A stretch of DNA of 64,000 bases, taken from positions 44,640,001-44,704,000 of the forward strand of contig CM114271.1 of NCBI GenBank assembly GCA_050084515.1, written 5' to 3'. The position numbers and the translations under genes are program-made. Shown here in pieces: positions 13,227 through 27,468 of this stretch (positions are counted from its first letter, which is position 1; each line of letters opens with the position of its first letter). Source of the DNA: Blasia pusilla (lineage: Eukaryota). The notes under the pieces are model-generated. The model was not told where the DNA came from, ran no database searches, and worked only from the letters and a program-made list of their open reading frames with translations.

Positions 13227-14471
13227 TCTTAATGAGTTCAAGTAGAAGTGACCTCCGACGGCAACTGCAAGCACATGCAGTTCTACTATCCCTGACAAAT
13301 GACATGTAATGTTTGACTGAGTAGCATGATATGAAAAATCACTCGTCTCTCATTTCGAAATTCTCGGTGGGCACCGCTATCATACTATGACCTCTCGACC
13401 TTTCGCATTCTAGTCGGTCCGATCCGAAATACCACGCCTCGAAGATCCACATCACCCGTCCCACTCCACAGCGCACCTTCCTGATAACAATTGCTTCAAG
13501 AGATAAACTTCACCGCCAGCCATGGATCGCCTCCTCACCCTCCGACCTGAACTAATCATTTACCTTCCTCCTTATCACCCGAGCATTTCAATTTTGCCAC
13601 TGTGGAGGGTCCGCAACAACTGTCGGTCAACCATCTTATCATACGTGCCGCACAGGACAGCGCAATTACATGTTCAGATCAGCTCTCTGCAGGCGTCCAA
13701 GCAAACAGAGAAAAGAGTTCACTAGCCAAATAACAAAATGCCTACAACACGCCTACAAAATGCCTTCACGCAATTCAACGCTCCGATGAAATGATTCTGA
13801 AAGTTAGGAATGTCCTCGCTCTAGACAGGAACGACTTCCGTGTTTCAAGCCTCAAACTTCCCTTCCACCACACACCACAGCTATTTGCAGACAAGTGTCC
13901 TACACTGACAGACTAGAGGAATGCTTTCAGCAGAACTTTGCCTGAAGACGACCACACCGCAAAGAATCGCGCATTCCGGAAGCCCTAAAATTTAGTGACA
14001 ACAACTCCCACCAATTCCATGCCCCGAAAACGAAACATCCATTGATCTCCCCGTTCAAATCGCGGATTCGTAGATTGCCCTCAGTTCACGGCTCCGTGAG
14101 TTACCGGACCGAAAGTCTGACGCCCTTCTGTGCTCGTCAACCAGAAACGTCCGCGTGTCGTGAAAGGAAGTCTCGCATTGAGCGAGCACAACTTGAGTGC
14201 ATAGGAGCCGTCGATTAAGCAATCGGACAGCCAATATCACACGGAGAGAACACACCCGATGGATGATGTTTGCTCCCATCAAAGACTTGCTGTTCAAATT
14301 AAAGGCAAGGGGATTCTAAAAAAACCATATGACTATAATGTACCCAACTGCGATGAGAGGACTAGTGGCACTATCGCACTATGATATCCTGGCTTTAGTC
14401 TACGAACTCGGTGTCATAATCCGTCCATCTCAAGATGGCAATAGGGGGTGTCCCTTGTCCTACCTATCTAA

Positions 14472-14702
14472 GGGGTGGATTCCATGCGCAGGGTATCGGC
14501 GACGATAGAGCGATGTCGATTTTTTTGCGCCCAAAACTTTTGGGCGTAGAAATCATCTAGCATCTCCGTGACCCATTTAATTAAAATCCGTTTGAAATTA
14601 ATTATTACTGGTGGATGTTTCCTTCGTTAACCGTTGGATAAACTTTTGGGACCCAAAAAATGGATCCCCGCAACCTCCACACGTGCCCGTGGAATCGACC
14701 CA
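14472..14702. mobile_element. Tourist/PIF-Harbinger-like MITE (231 bp, foldback)
   Basis: Imperfect TIRs: ggggtggattccatgcgca versus reverse complement tgggtcgattccacgggca. TAA on both sides (14469-14471, 14703-14705) and extended internal symmetry. Confidence 0.7.
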
Positions 14703-16131
14703 TAAGAAATGTCAACAGGAATCCGAGCGCTAGGTAAAAAATTCCATAAGTTTCTAGATTTGTAGCTTGTTTCTCACTAAGCTAAGAGTGTCATGTTCGG
14801 ATCTTCTTATGCGCCTAAGCTTAAGTTGTTTCTCAATGATTGTCTACAAACTTGCTCCCCTCTGCTTTAGTCATTTTCAACATCCTCCTAGTGTTGTAGT
14901 CACGCTCCCAAGTTGCCTCCACATCCTCGCGCCTTAGTCTCTAAGTTGTTTTCTCACCCAATTGTTGTTGGACCTTCTCAAGCCCTTTATACGTTCATCC
15001 TATTCTTACTAATCCAAAGGTTGTATTGTTGGAGCCCACCGAATTCAGTGTCTGCTCTAATTCCTTTGGAGATAACTTTGCTTGTTCCAAAAGGTCTTTA
15101 AACGCGATCAACCTCCATCGATACGTACACATCCCAATTCCAATCGGAACTCTATTGCCTTACCCTCATACGTCTTTGGCAAATACTTCTCCTTATGTTT
15201 CAAAATTTATAGATACAATCTTTTCAGACAATCCAACCTAAATGACTTTTCAAGTATATATCTAATGCCTCTTTGTGTGAATCCTTGTACATTCAATTCT
15301 TTACTCAAACTTCCTTATGCTAAGTAGACATAGCATTTTAGTTGTCTCCGACCCTCCTCTAGGTTGAAGCTTACCTTCTCCACACTTGCCCCAAAATATA
15401 CCTTACTCATTACAATGCCTACTGCTAGTGTGTAAATTGTGCATTTAATTCTCATTGAGACAAGTCATCTCAGTAAGTAGAGGGAGGGTAGGGCATCTGC
15501 ATCGCTTGGTTGCATTCGTGGGAGTTGGGGTGCCGTACGATGTAATGTATATCACTCCTTCAAGTGAGCGATTCTCGATAGGTTTTTTTTCCTTGTAGCC
15601 GTAAAGGTTTTATGTCCCGACATAGAAAACCTTTATGTCTACAAGTCATTTTTTCCTTCCGATCAATGTGGTTAGGGGTGCTTCACTCCACATAGTTGAT
15701 TCTCCGACGGCCCCTTAGTTGGAGTATAGTCTTTGATCATTCTTTGGCTTGGTTTAGGTTTTGTTACTCTGCGGCATGTTGTAGGTGTTCAATTGGATCG
15801 CTCCTCTGCACCAGCATTTTTCTCGTGTGAAGATTGCATTACGTTCGGCAACGATAATTTCATAACACATATTCTTTTTTTAGATTTCAGCATTGGGATC
15901 TGCGGCCATTTGCATCTCTCAATGGAGGTAATCAATTTTTTTTCTTGTTGATTTGATCGCGGACCCATTGCTTTTCTAAGAAATTACATCAACCCAATCG
16001 GCGGAAAATTCATATTCCTGTAGCTCACGACGTGCACCCTCTTTGTTACTAGCTTTGGCAAATGAGGGTTGGTGCATGGTAAAGCTTAGTGAATTGATTC
16101 ATTCATCACCTCTTTGTTGGGCGATACCTGC

Positions 16132-17900
16132 CACTAGAACAATTCAAGAGTTTTATGACTAGCTCATATGACTCCCTCAAGTCATATATGTCCTAAAATG
16201 ATTGGAAATGATTGATGACTCATGGAGTCATAAATGCCTAGTCATCTACGATACCATGACTCGAGTCCTTTTAAGATGAAAGACCTAGTCATTCATTTAA
16301 ATCACTGACACATCACCAAAGTGCATAATAATGACAAATTATAGTCATATAAAATGACGATCATACCAGCATATGACTTGGCAAGACGTAAACTACTACT
16401 ACTTAAATCATGACACTTATCACATAATATGAGAAACATATGAGTCATACTGTTGGGAGAATTTCATAAAAATGACTACAAATTCATTTCTATGACTAAG
16501 CTTTGAAATACGACTAAATCAATTTGATCATTTTGTTTTGTCCAAATGACTTCAAATGGTTATATAGGACTCTATAAATGACGTGGTCTACGTGTATGTC
16601 TCAAGTGTGACTACTTTGTATGACTCGATGCTTTGTGAATATAACTAGGAACTTAAATATATGAATTTTTTAAATAACTTCATATTTTATTGCTTTTTAT
16701 TACATATTTTCTTATGACTAGAAGTTGACTTCTTTATATGACTCATATTATGCATGCCAAGTCTGAATGACTCCAAGATGTATTAATATGACTATATGAT
16801 AAGATGAATATGACTAGGTACCTAAATAAACAACTCGTGATACAACTTTTCAATGAGTGCATATTGTTTTAGTATGACTTGGTACATGTTTGGATCACTA
16901 GTTTAAATGACTACATATTTATTTATGACTAGAGTTTAGCTACTAATATGACTCACTGATTTATGATTTATATGATTTATATGACATATTTAACTGACTT
17001 CAAGTTACATGAATCAGAAGTAGGTATAATGATAGAAGGCTTAAGGTTCTCCTTGTAGAATATAGCCTATCAATTCATGCATTCATTCTTACAAGACATT
17101 GATAAAATAATCAGAGGAAAGGAAATGTGGAGATTTTAATTCAGACATTCCATTCATCAATTGAGAATGCGATGTAAAAACAAATACCTAATTGGAAACT
17201 ACTGAGTTCATTATTCAGAAACAATAATAAAGTTCAGTACTCTCATATTGAATAAAAGTAACTTCAACAAAAAAATAAAATGGTCAGGAACATCACTACA
17301 AGTAATCAATAGTTATTTCTCCAAAGGGTCCAAGAGTACAGAGAGAACGATGTCAACAAAACATGCAATAGTGTAAGTAAATATTGTCTACATATAGGCA
17401 TGAATTTCTAATATTAGCCTAGGATTTCTTCAAATTTACTTTAGGCCAAAGTATAGAACCTCCAAGAACGTCACCCAAAGTGTATTTGGGTGGCATATAA
17501 GACTCATTTGGCTTCCATAACTTATGATCCAAGAATGCAAGATGAACAATCTTGAGATCCACACGTACCAACCCCGATGAGATGACACTTCCATGAAATT
17601 TGTCTTGTCCACTCAAGCCGATTAATCATCACTGGCCAAAATGGTCCTACTGAGCTTGGAATTTGTAAGTTGAATCTCATCTCTCACACAAATCTGCAAA
17701 CCCAAGATACAAGGATGAGTCTTTTGAGGAAAAAAATGCATAACGTTGGTGTTGGACAAATAATCCAAAGCATTATTAGTTATTGCTCCCTTTATTATAA
17801 TATTGTACCACTTGAACAAAATTATAATTAATCACTACTTGCATCTTGACGCCATTCAAGCTGCAAGTAGTGAATATGATAGTGATGTCAAGTCAGGAAG
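16132..17900 (-). mobile_element. CACTA (En/Spm) DNA transposon remnant
   Basis: Starts CACTAGAACAATT at 16132, followed by ~850 bp dense in ATGACT/AGTCAT subterminal repeats. ORF 17419-17616 (-) VRVDLKIV...LWKPNE...TLGDVLGGSILWP resembles the C-terminal domain of CACTA TnpA-like proteins. The second TIR was not found, so the right boundary is uncertain. Confidence 0.6.
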
Positions 17901-19194
17901 CAATAAGAAATACACTAGGAAGATATGCACATGCACTTGGAAGAAAAATATTCTTGACTCTTGTAACACGTCTCTTTTTTTCTGGAGAAGACTCTTTCTC
18001 CCAACAATGAAACCTGCATAGTACCTAAGGAGAGTGAAATAAAGGAAAACCAATTTTGTTATGTTGAATATACATAGATACCATTGCACTGATATATAGC
18101 TATAATATCAGAGAGAGAGAAATATACCAAACTGAAACTTGACATTTATTTGATGTACATAATCTCTTGCTATAATGCATTGAAGATCTCTTTGAAACTA
18201 TAGAAAGGGTAAGGATAACAAAAGTAGAGAGGGGAAGAAAAGAAAACTTGAGAGGGTTGTTGCTTTAGGTATGTACTCATTGAGTGTATGTTCATGTTGG
18301 AATATATAACACTAGTGCATTTGCACTAGTGTTGTCAGTTAGGAGTAACGAGTTGTGTAGGAGTTAAAGCGTTAACTAGAACATGTAGGAGTGAAATAAA
18401 CCAATGGAGAAGCCACCATTTGTTGTATCTTCATTTATTTATGTTAGCAGCAATAACGATTTGCAATGTCAAGAAATTGTCGAAACTTGTCGGGGTTCTA
18501 CGTGCTTGCAATTACACTACTCCGCCTTGGGGCATGCACATTCGCCAAGGCTTGGTTCCAATTGCATCAGCCTATCACATTATTGCACCTAGCACACTCT
18601 CGAGGTTTAGTCAATCTGTGCAACCTACCATAGAATTAATTATTTTTCCTTCTCTACTAAGAAGGTTAGAGTAAAGTGTTGCAAGTAGGTATGCTACTAT
18701 AACATTGGTTTGTATCAGGGTAAAAAAAATTTAACTTTTTGCTGTTGTCCCTTTGCGTCGTGCCAATACAACATTATGCACTGTGTATTCCCATCTCCAA
18801 ATATAGCATACCTTGCAATCTACGTAGCTAAGGTTCCATCGCCATTGTAGTTTCTTATGCACCTACTGTCAATTGACGAACAACAATCCTTGCAATAGCT
18901 CGTAGATCTTAGGCGATTAAACAACTATAACGATGACTCAAGTACTATCTCACATCTGCCTTCATTTTGTACATTGCCAGTATGTTCCATATCTCCCCGC
19001 TATTTTGATTGTTAGGGTGTCCTCCTATTCTTGACTATGCACGACGCATCCTTTATACTATGAATTTCTTGTTGCTTCTGAGTGGGATTGAACTAAGAGA
19101 CAGATTAGAATGGAAAATAATTAGATAGACAAAGACCAAGGGAGGGAGAGGAGATGTCCATAATAAATCAGCATGCACTACGTTCTATCCATGT

Positions 19195-19232
19195 GAGAGA
19201 GCGAGGGAGAGGGTGAGAGAGCGAGGGAGAGG

Positions 19233-19305
<73 letters not shown>
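19195..19305. repeat. (GA)n microsatellite at the LINE 3' end
   Basis: Direct sequence. Confidence 0.98.
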
Positions 19306-19311
<6 letters not shown>

Positions 19312-22300
19312 TGAATAGATTTATTGTCCACGGGGACCCCACAGGGCCATGGGACTTAGTTTTGACACTTAACAACAAATTTGGAGAGAGAGCAAGCACC
19401 AGCGAGGGCCTAAGGGGTCCTCAGAGCCATGTGAGTGTCCCTGGTCTTCACACAACTATGCAAGAATTTAGCACTCTGAGTCTGATTCTGCCTAGTCATG
19501 AACGGGAGGACCCTAGGAGCTCGGTGAACAAAGAGATCCGGGAAGTCAAGCCTAATGTGATCGTAAAAGGTGCAGTCGAAGAGGTAGTGATGTTCATCAT
19601 CAACAAGCCCCGAAGTTGCAAAATCTACATAATCATCCTCTCTTTTCTTTTGTGAGAATTTTCCTTTCTCAATCTCCAGGTCAGTAGAGCCACATCTGAA
19701 TCTCGCTAATGTATGACGTAACTTAGTGGGAATGGGGGCAGAGATGTAGGCGGCTTGCTGCATGGATTTGCAATTGTTCATGAGGGTGTGGTAGCGCCTC
19801 ATTCTTTCACCATTTTTGTGAGAGGAATTCCCCCTGCTTTCCCAGAGGCGCTGGTGTCGGCCCTAGTTGATGGCAATGTAATTGTTGTGTAATTGTTCAA
19901 CAAGGTCTGGTGGGTGGGTCGAGTCACTCCCGTAGGCATAGTCAGGATGGATATTCCCCATTTCATGAGCCACTCCGTGCAGTCATAGTACTAATTTTTA
20001 GCCCCAAGGGTGGCACTACTTTTTGAAACCACGTAGGCCCTGGCGGATAGACGATTGGGATCGTCCTCGCAGATATCCTCAAGGTGTTGGAGAAATGTGA
20101 TCAGATTCTTAACAGCATGGATCTCCATTGGTACTTCCCCAAACTCAGCCAATAGAATGTCGTGGGAGTGGTTTTCCTAATGCCCAGACTGACGGCGCAT
20201 GAAGAGTTTAGGGGGCCTCAAGGCCCAGGGGCCAAGCCTTGAGCTGGGGCCCCACACTTCAGATGCATAGAGTGTGGATGGGATTGCGAGCTTTGAAGAG
20301 ATGGAGTTTCGTGGAATATGCCGAGTTCCATTCTTTCGCAATTGGATTGTAGCAGTGTAGACCCTCAAGCTGCATTGATCTTGTTACGACTCCCATTAGC
20401 TCTCCATTGGTTGTTGGGTTTGAGTTGCACCCCAGGTATATGTACTTACCCACAATCTCAATGATCTCCCTTCTCATTCCCGGTGAAGGTGAAAGTATGT
20501 GACCGCTCCGCCCGTGAGGGAGCCGTGATCCAAAGATGATTATCTGCGTTTTCAGCAAGTTGACTTCCATGCTTGATTTGTTGCGAAGCTTGAAAGTGCA
20601 TTCGAGGTAAAGTTGGAGCCCATGTGTTGTTCTAGACATCAGAACTATATCATCTACATACTGAGGAGCAGGGGATGAGGCGGTGTGCTAGCTCGGTGGA
20701 TCTTCATTCACTCGAAAGCACCTCTTCAAGTTTGTCAATGTAGAGCCCAAACAACGTAGGTGAGAGGGGGCATCCTTGTTTGACTTCGGTGTTGGAAGAT
20801 AAAGTTTCAGATCTGCCCCTCTTAGTGGCAATCTGTGCAAACACCTGAGCATATAAGACCTTGATCGTTGTAAGTTGTTGTGGTGGGACACCCAACTCTT
20901 CAAGTCGTTTCAAAGGAGCCCTTGGGACCTGTGTCAAAGGCCTTCTTGAAGTCTACAAACACAGAACAATTTACCGGGCTTGTGACCAATTCTCGACTTG
21001 GAGTTTCTTCAATCAGTACTCGGAGTGTGAGAAGGTGATCCAGGGTGTTATGTGAGTGTCGGAAACCTGCTTGTCCTCTGGCTCGCACCTTCTTTTCCTC
21101 AGCCCATTGTCGCTGATTTTCCTTTCAATGATGAGTCTGTACAACTTGGCCATGAGGGAGCTCACCATGATCGTTCGTAGTTGGATGGTATCATTGGGTC
21201 TCCATCCTTGAAGAGTGGGTAGATCGTATTCATTTGCCATTCGGTGGGAAGCCCTGTTGAAGCTGCGGTATTGAACATTCTGGTGAGGTTGGGCCAATTG
21301 CCTCACTTGCGAATTTGAACATTTGAGTCGGCACCCAGGCCATCCTACGGTTTGTTATGTAGCCTTTTGATTCTGATGTGACATCGTCAATGGTGAAGAG
21401 GTCCGATAGATCCCGAAGCCCATTCGGCCGAGGATCGGTGGGAGCGGATGTTGGAGTGGTAAAGTTGGGTACCATATGTGGTCGGATCTGTAGATCCTAG
21501 AGTGGAATGATGTTCTGTCTATTCTGAGTATTCTCCAGAATTTGGCGATTGGTATTTCATCACATTGTGTGAACTCTGTGATCTTGATGGCAATGTATTT
21601 GTGTTTCTTCCTACGTACCAATCGTTTGTAAGTTTTTGCAACAATCGAGTGTGTGGAGAGTGTGGATCCTCCCTCGCTGGTGATTCGGCTCCCAGCAGGC
21701 CTCTTTGCGGTCCTTGTCAAACCAGGGTTGGGAGAAGAATGTAGAAGTGGATCTAATGAGTTTGCCTCTAGATAGTTGGAAACGAGGACTTTTCGCAACA
21801 TTGATGTAGGATGTCGCTGAACTCGATCGTGTTCACTTTGTGGTGAGCACTCTGTGAAAGCCTTGTTGACGAGTGTGATGAGTTCATCTTTCTTTTCTTG
21901 AAGGAAAGTGTATCGACACTTGGTCGGCTAGGTTACTTTTTGCAGCCCTGGGATGGTTTTGGAGACCATGATGTCAAAGTAGAGTGGTTCATGATCAGAT
22001 TCTAGAACGGGTGTGACCCGCATTGGCAACCAGATGTGGTAGTTGATGTACTTCCCAATCAGGTAGTCAACCACCGATGTCGAGGTTTTCTGTTGGAGTC
22101 GAGTGTCCAATGGAAGTGCGACCTCGATTGTGGCCACATAGCCATGCCATTGGCGAGTACCAAACAATGTGTTGCTCAAAATTGGAGAAGTTTCTCTCCA
22201 TTGGCTATTTTTCCTTGTCCACCGAGTTGCTTTTGCATGTGTGGGAAGAATACTTCTATGAGAGACCCATCCGCCCGAGTATCAATCCCTTCCACGTTGG

Positions 22301-24750
22301 TGTTGTTTGACATGTAAATTGGAGCTTGAGTGTTGGCCATTCTCCCGTTGAAATCTCCTACTAAGAGGATATTTCCCTGTGCATGTGGTGCTCAATGGAT
22401 GTAGAGAGAGCCTCATACAGGAATTCTCTTTTGAGCACAGTGGGACTGAAGTAGCAAACAACAATGAGGAGATCTTTCGGTAACCCCACTTCTTTGTTGA
22501 CCTTGATCTAGAGGAAGTGTTTCTCCTCATCAATGTTGGCTATGGAGACAAAAGGTTGTAACCATGGTGCTACCAAGCATGCCATGCCCCGTGTCCTTTG
22601 CTTTTCTTTGTTGGTGAGTGGGTTGCGGGTAGCAAAAACCTGGAAGTCCTCTGTGTTGGGAATGCGGTTGGAATCATGTTCATGTGTTTCAGCAAAAAAG
22701 ATAAGGTCCAGTTTTGTGCCCAGATATGTAATGCCATTGCCTCTAGACCAGAATTGTCCTCCACAATTGTGAAAAACTGCTTGAATGGATGGGTTGGTAA
22801 TATCCTTCCCATCCTCCATTCCCTATAGGTAGGTCTTGTCATGTAGGTTTGTCACCTCAAAGTCCTGGTTCCGAGTTGTAGAATTGCTAATTCCCTGGTT
22901 GGAATCAGAGTTTTCGCTCATTTCCCCTCCTGTTTGTCATGTTGGTGCGGCATTTTGTTTCTCCTAGGTACTGGTGTCGTGGCCTTTCCTTCCCTTAGTT
23001 CACTCCGAAGACCGTTGTTGCGGGCAGCCGGAACCTTCTCCCTTTCAATAGGGAGTGTTGCTCTTTGCTTGGTGGTCAGATCTGGGAAGATACGGATAGC
23101 AGATCCTTTCAGGACTGCTTTACTGCGGAGGATGGCCAACCTCGTTTCCATCGTTGGTCCCCGTTGTGAGGGATCAAATTGTACCAACATTGGTTTGGTC
23201 GGTCCCCTATTCCTTTCCCAAGTCTGATCCCTGTGAAGGTGGTGTCAGCCGTGTGTGACCGAGAGTTGTGAAGACCTTCTCTTGCAAAACGAATTACAAT
23301 CTTCTTCCTTGGAAAAGTGCAGTCCCATGATAACTAAATTCAGTTCTCTGGTTTTCCTATCCTGGATTTCTAGGACCCTCTCGCTTCCTCTTTTGCTACC
23401 TCTTTGGCTACTGTGTTGCAACCTCCGTGATTTGTGTTGTGGTTGTGTGCTTGCCCACTACTTGACCCAGTTCTAACAGATTTGTCAAATTTGTTCCGAT
23501 TTACGGTACTCTTGCATTGCTTTCCCAAGTGAGTGTTATCCTCTTTGAAGCAGGCGGCCTAAGTCCTTCTTCAATTGCATGTTTTCACCCTCAAAGCGAC
23601 CAACTCTAATTCCAGAGTTGTCTTCGAGCAAATCCATTCGAGGAGGTTCGATTCCTTCTTTGGACATCCATGTGTCCCCTGCTCTTCTTTTCCTGCATGC
23701 ATCATTGTATTCCATGCCAACATCTGGTTGGCTTTGAAAGCTTTCCCATTTTCCTTCTAGTTCAGAGAACCGCCTGGTGATGGATGCCACTTCCGGATAT
23801 GGTATAACTGACGTTGAATGTGTGATAGCCGCATGGAGTCGTTCCTTGTCACATCGCCTCATTTTTTTCCCCGACATAGTGGCGTGAGTTTGGTGCAATC
23901 AATCTCGTGAGCCATTTGATCTCACGGATCGTCCACTTGTCCCTGCTCTTTGTTTGCTTGTGGGAAAGATCCTTGACACTGGTCGTATCTTGGACCTCCT
24001 CCGGTGAGGTTTCTAACGCTGATTTTTTTGTGGTAGTCATGGGTGCAAATGTTCACTCGACGTCTTGGTCTATGTGCTCAGCGGTGGGAATGGGAAAAAA
24101 AATTAGGTAGGGTGTGCTTTACTCAGAGAAACCATAGTCCCGTCTATGGAGTGGAGGGAGGTCGAGCTTGAGAATCGTCTCAACATCCCCGATTTTTTGC
24201 CCGTTCCATGGTTAGGCATGACCGCCCGAGGAGGTGCAGCCCGATTTTTCTTTGGGAGTTCTGGTCCTGAGTAGAGAGAAGGGTATGAACTAGGGAGCTG
24301 TGAAAACGGGGTTGGAATTTGTGAATAGTTGGACCATCTCTAAGAGAACTCAAGTTGTGGAGATGGAGACAAGTCGAGCATGGAAATCGATTTGAAATCT
24401 GAGTCGTCTCTTCTTTCTTGTGGCAAACAGGGTTGTCCAAGGATGTAGATCTGATTGTGCAAAAATATCCTGACCCATGAGCCCAAATGCGATTTTACCG
24501 ATGAAATCTCATAGAATTGAGAAGAAGAGAGACAGAGAAACAGTCGAACTACAAAATCGTGTCAAAAACTTGTTCAATCTATTTTTTTCTTTGGTAGACA
24601 GGGTCACCCAAGGCAAGAGAAGCCGCCTTTGTGCAAAAATTGGGTGACCCATGAGGACCATTTCGATTTTGCGAGTTTGAAATTTGAAGAAACTAGTCAA
24701 AAACTTAAAAATGACACCCACTGTCCGGCAAATCATGGAGCTTAACCCTA

Positions 24751-24754
<4 letters not shown>
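19305..24754 (-). mobile_element. Near full-length non-LTR retrotransposon (RTE/RTEX-like LINE), frameshifted
   Basis: ORF1 remnant (~24040-22918; LAILRSKAVLKGSAIRIFPDLTTKQR). AP endonuclease motifs (FHNCGG, LDLIFFAETH, GDFNG ~22345, VVDYLIG, SDHEPL). RT motifs (QAGFRH, FVDFKKAFD, KQGCPLSPTLFGLYID, YVDD ~20650). C-terminal LARFRCGS...DEHHYLFDC domain and (ATTC)n tail. The clade assignment is an inference. Confidence 0.9.
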
Positions 24755-24999
<245 letters not shown>

Positions 25000-25084
25000 T
25001 AAAAGTCTATGGTTTGGTGAAAGAAACTACCCTATTGATGAAGGTATGTCCTGCGGACATCAGGTTGTTTGACATATTACATGA

Positions 25085-25419
25085 TTCTTCGCTTCTAGCG
25101 CTTCCTTTCTGTGACACCACTTTTGAGAGACCAAGAACTCTTCATAGTCGCGTTTGGTGGAGGATTCTCTAGGGTCTAAAATTTTGTGAAAGGTTGGCTG
25201 AAAGGTACAATGCTCTTCACCTCGAATGTAGTGTTGGTTGCAGCCGGGGAGTCAAGAGCTGCTACACAAATACGAGCTATTTCTTCTCTTGAAACTTTTC
25301 CCATGATATTGTCCCCTTGTTCGAAAATAAGCTCTGCGCCCGCTGGTGTTCTTCTATGAGAGGGCGGTAGGGCGTATGATTGCGTAAGGGATACTTGAGT
25401 CTCTTAAGGCGTCCTCACC
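25085..25419 (-). pseudogene. C-terminal fragment of an HCF173-like / At4g18810-type NAD(P)-binding (CIA30-containing) protein gene
   Basis: Manual minus-strand translation after an AG acceptor: GEDALRDSSIPYAIIRPTAL / PAGAELIFEQGDNIMGKVSREEIARICVAALDSPAATNTTFEVKSIVPFSQPFT / ENPPP..DYEEF..LKSGVT..EALE. Several frameshifts; no upstream exons found. Absent from the ORF track. Confidence 0.75.
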
Positions 25420-25986
25420 CTGTTGACCACGGAGAAGAGTTACATAGGCCAAGAGTTTGCAAAACCATAGCGACTGGGCTGGGAAAAAATGCTCGCCGAA
25501 TGGCTCTACTAAATATTCGACATTATGTGGTTTGACGGCTTGAATTGAAAGATACTCATTACAACAATCAATTCCCTTGACAGAGAGAGAGAGAGAGAGA
25601 GAGAGTGAAGAAACGAGAGAGAATGACTAAAAGAGAGAGAGAGAGAGAGAGAATATAGAGTTTAGGGACCAAGTCACAAAATGGACGCTTCCCAAGAATG
25701 GGTGAGTGATAGTGTTGCGCCTACGAACATTCTGGGGCTTTTGGGAAAATGATCTACGAAGAAGGAAGGGAGGTGGTTCAACAGAAATAACATGCCATGG
25801 CAAGTTATTAGTGATGTTGAATGTCGAGCACAATGGAAACACATTTGTTGGGTCGACGAGTTGGGAAAGGTGAGAAGGACGACGTCGGTGAGCCAACTTG
25901 GTGTTGAGGATTCACACACAAGCGTGATAACCCTCCTTCTTGCATATTTTGTAAGGAGTTATTCTATACTGCTTCAAGAGACCCAA

Positions 25987-26175
<189 letters not shown>

Positions 26176-27468
26176 TATTCCGGTTTGTGGCTTCACTTAC
26201 GGATTTTAAATTCTCGGGACGAGTTTTGCCGCTGGTTCTCAAGTTTTGTGCCAACTAGAAGAGGATTCATAGAGCGGATTTCTTGTTACCTTATGTGGCA
26301 TTAGAGTAAGAGACAGATTAGAAGGAAGAATAATCAGATAGACAATGACCAAGGGAGAGAAAGGATATGACGATAGCAAATCGGGATGCTCTACGTTGTA
26401 CCCACCTGAGAGGAAGGCAGAGAGACAAGAGAGATGCCTTGTCAACAGGCAAATTTTGAAAGCCATGGGAATTCGATTGAGAAATTGTGCGACAGTTTCA
26501 ACAGACGACGGGATACCGCCATAGGTTGGGAAAGATGAGGAGGACGACTTCGGGGAGCACACTTGGTATCAAGAATTTGCAAGCAGAAACATAATAACTC
26601 TCTCGCTCGTGGAGTTGGGAGGGGGTTTTTCTCTACCCTAGAGAGAGAGAGAGAGAGAGAGAGAGAATAGTGGGATAATAGGACAAAAGAGCAATATATT
26701 TGAATTTTATTACATTAGATGGGTAGAGAAAAATTGTAAAGAGAACAAATTTGAGTGAAAGAGGAAAAATATTTTAATGCATCAATTAAGAATTAATAAT
26801 TGTATTATTTTATATTATAATGGATGATCCTAAGTGAAAATAAGGTGGATAATTAGAAAAATATTTTAAAATGTTTTTTCTTGAATTCATATTTGATGGA
26901 AGGGAAAATTAATTTTAATGCAAAGTAGTAGATTTTATTTAAATTTTATATATTTGATATTTTGGGAAAGAAAAATTAATATCAATGGAAAAGGGAAAAG
27001 ATTTCATCAATTGAAATTAACTTAGAATTTAGTTAATAAAAGTTTTTGGTGGGAAGAGTGGAAGGAGAAGAATAGGTATTGTTCAAACTATTATGGAGGA
27101 GTGAAATTATTTAGGGAAGTCGAATATTATTAAAAAATGAAATCTTATTACAACCCCTACTATAGTCGAGCCCGAGTGCAAAGGCTGCAAAATACAAGTT
27201 ATTTTGTAGTCTCGTCACCCGTCCGATGAGATCAAATGTGAATTTCTGAATGTCCGATAATTTTTGTCCTCTCATACTATTCCTCTTCGTGTTGTCCTTT
27301 CTCCTGAGTTTCTCCCCGTGTTAATCTTCCGGATTTCTTCCCACCATGCTAATCTTCTCCATACTGGTTGCTCTTTTAAGATTAAAAAAATGGAAATGAA
27401 AAAATGGAAATTATTTTTAGTTTATGATCAAATTATTTTCGTGCTTGCGCAGGGGATACTAACTAGTC

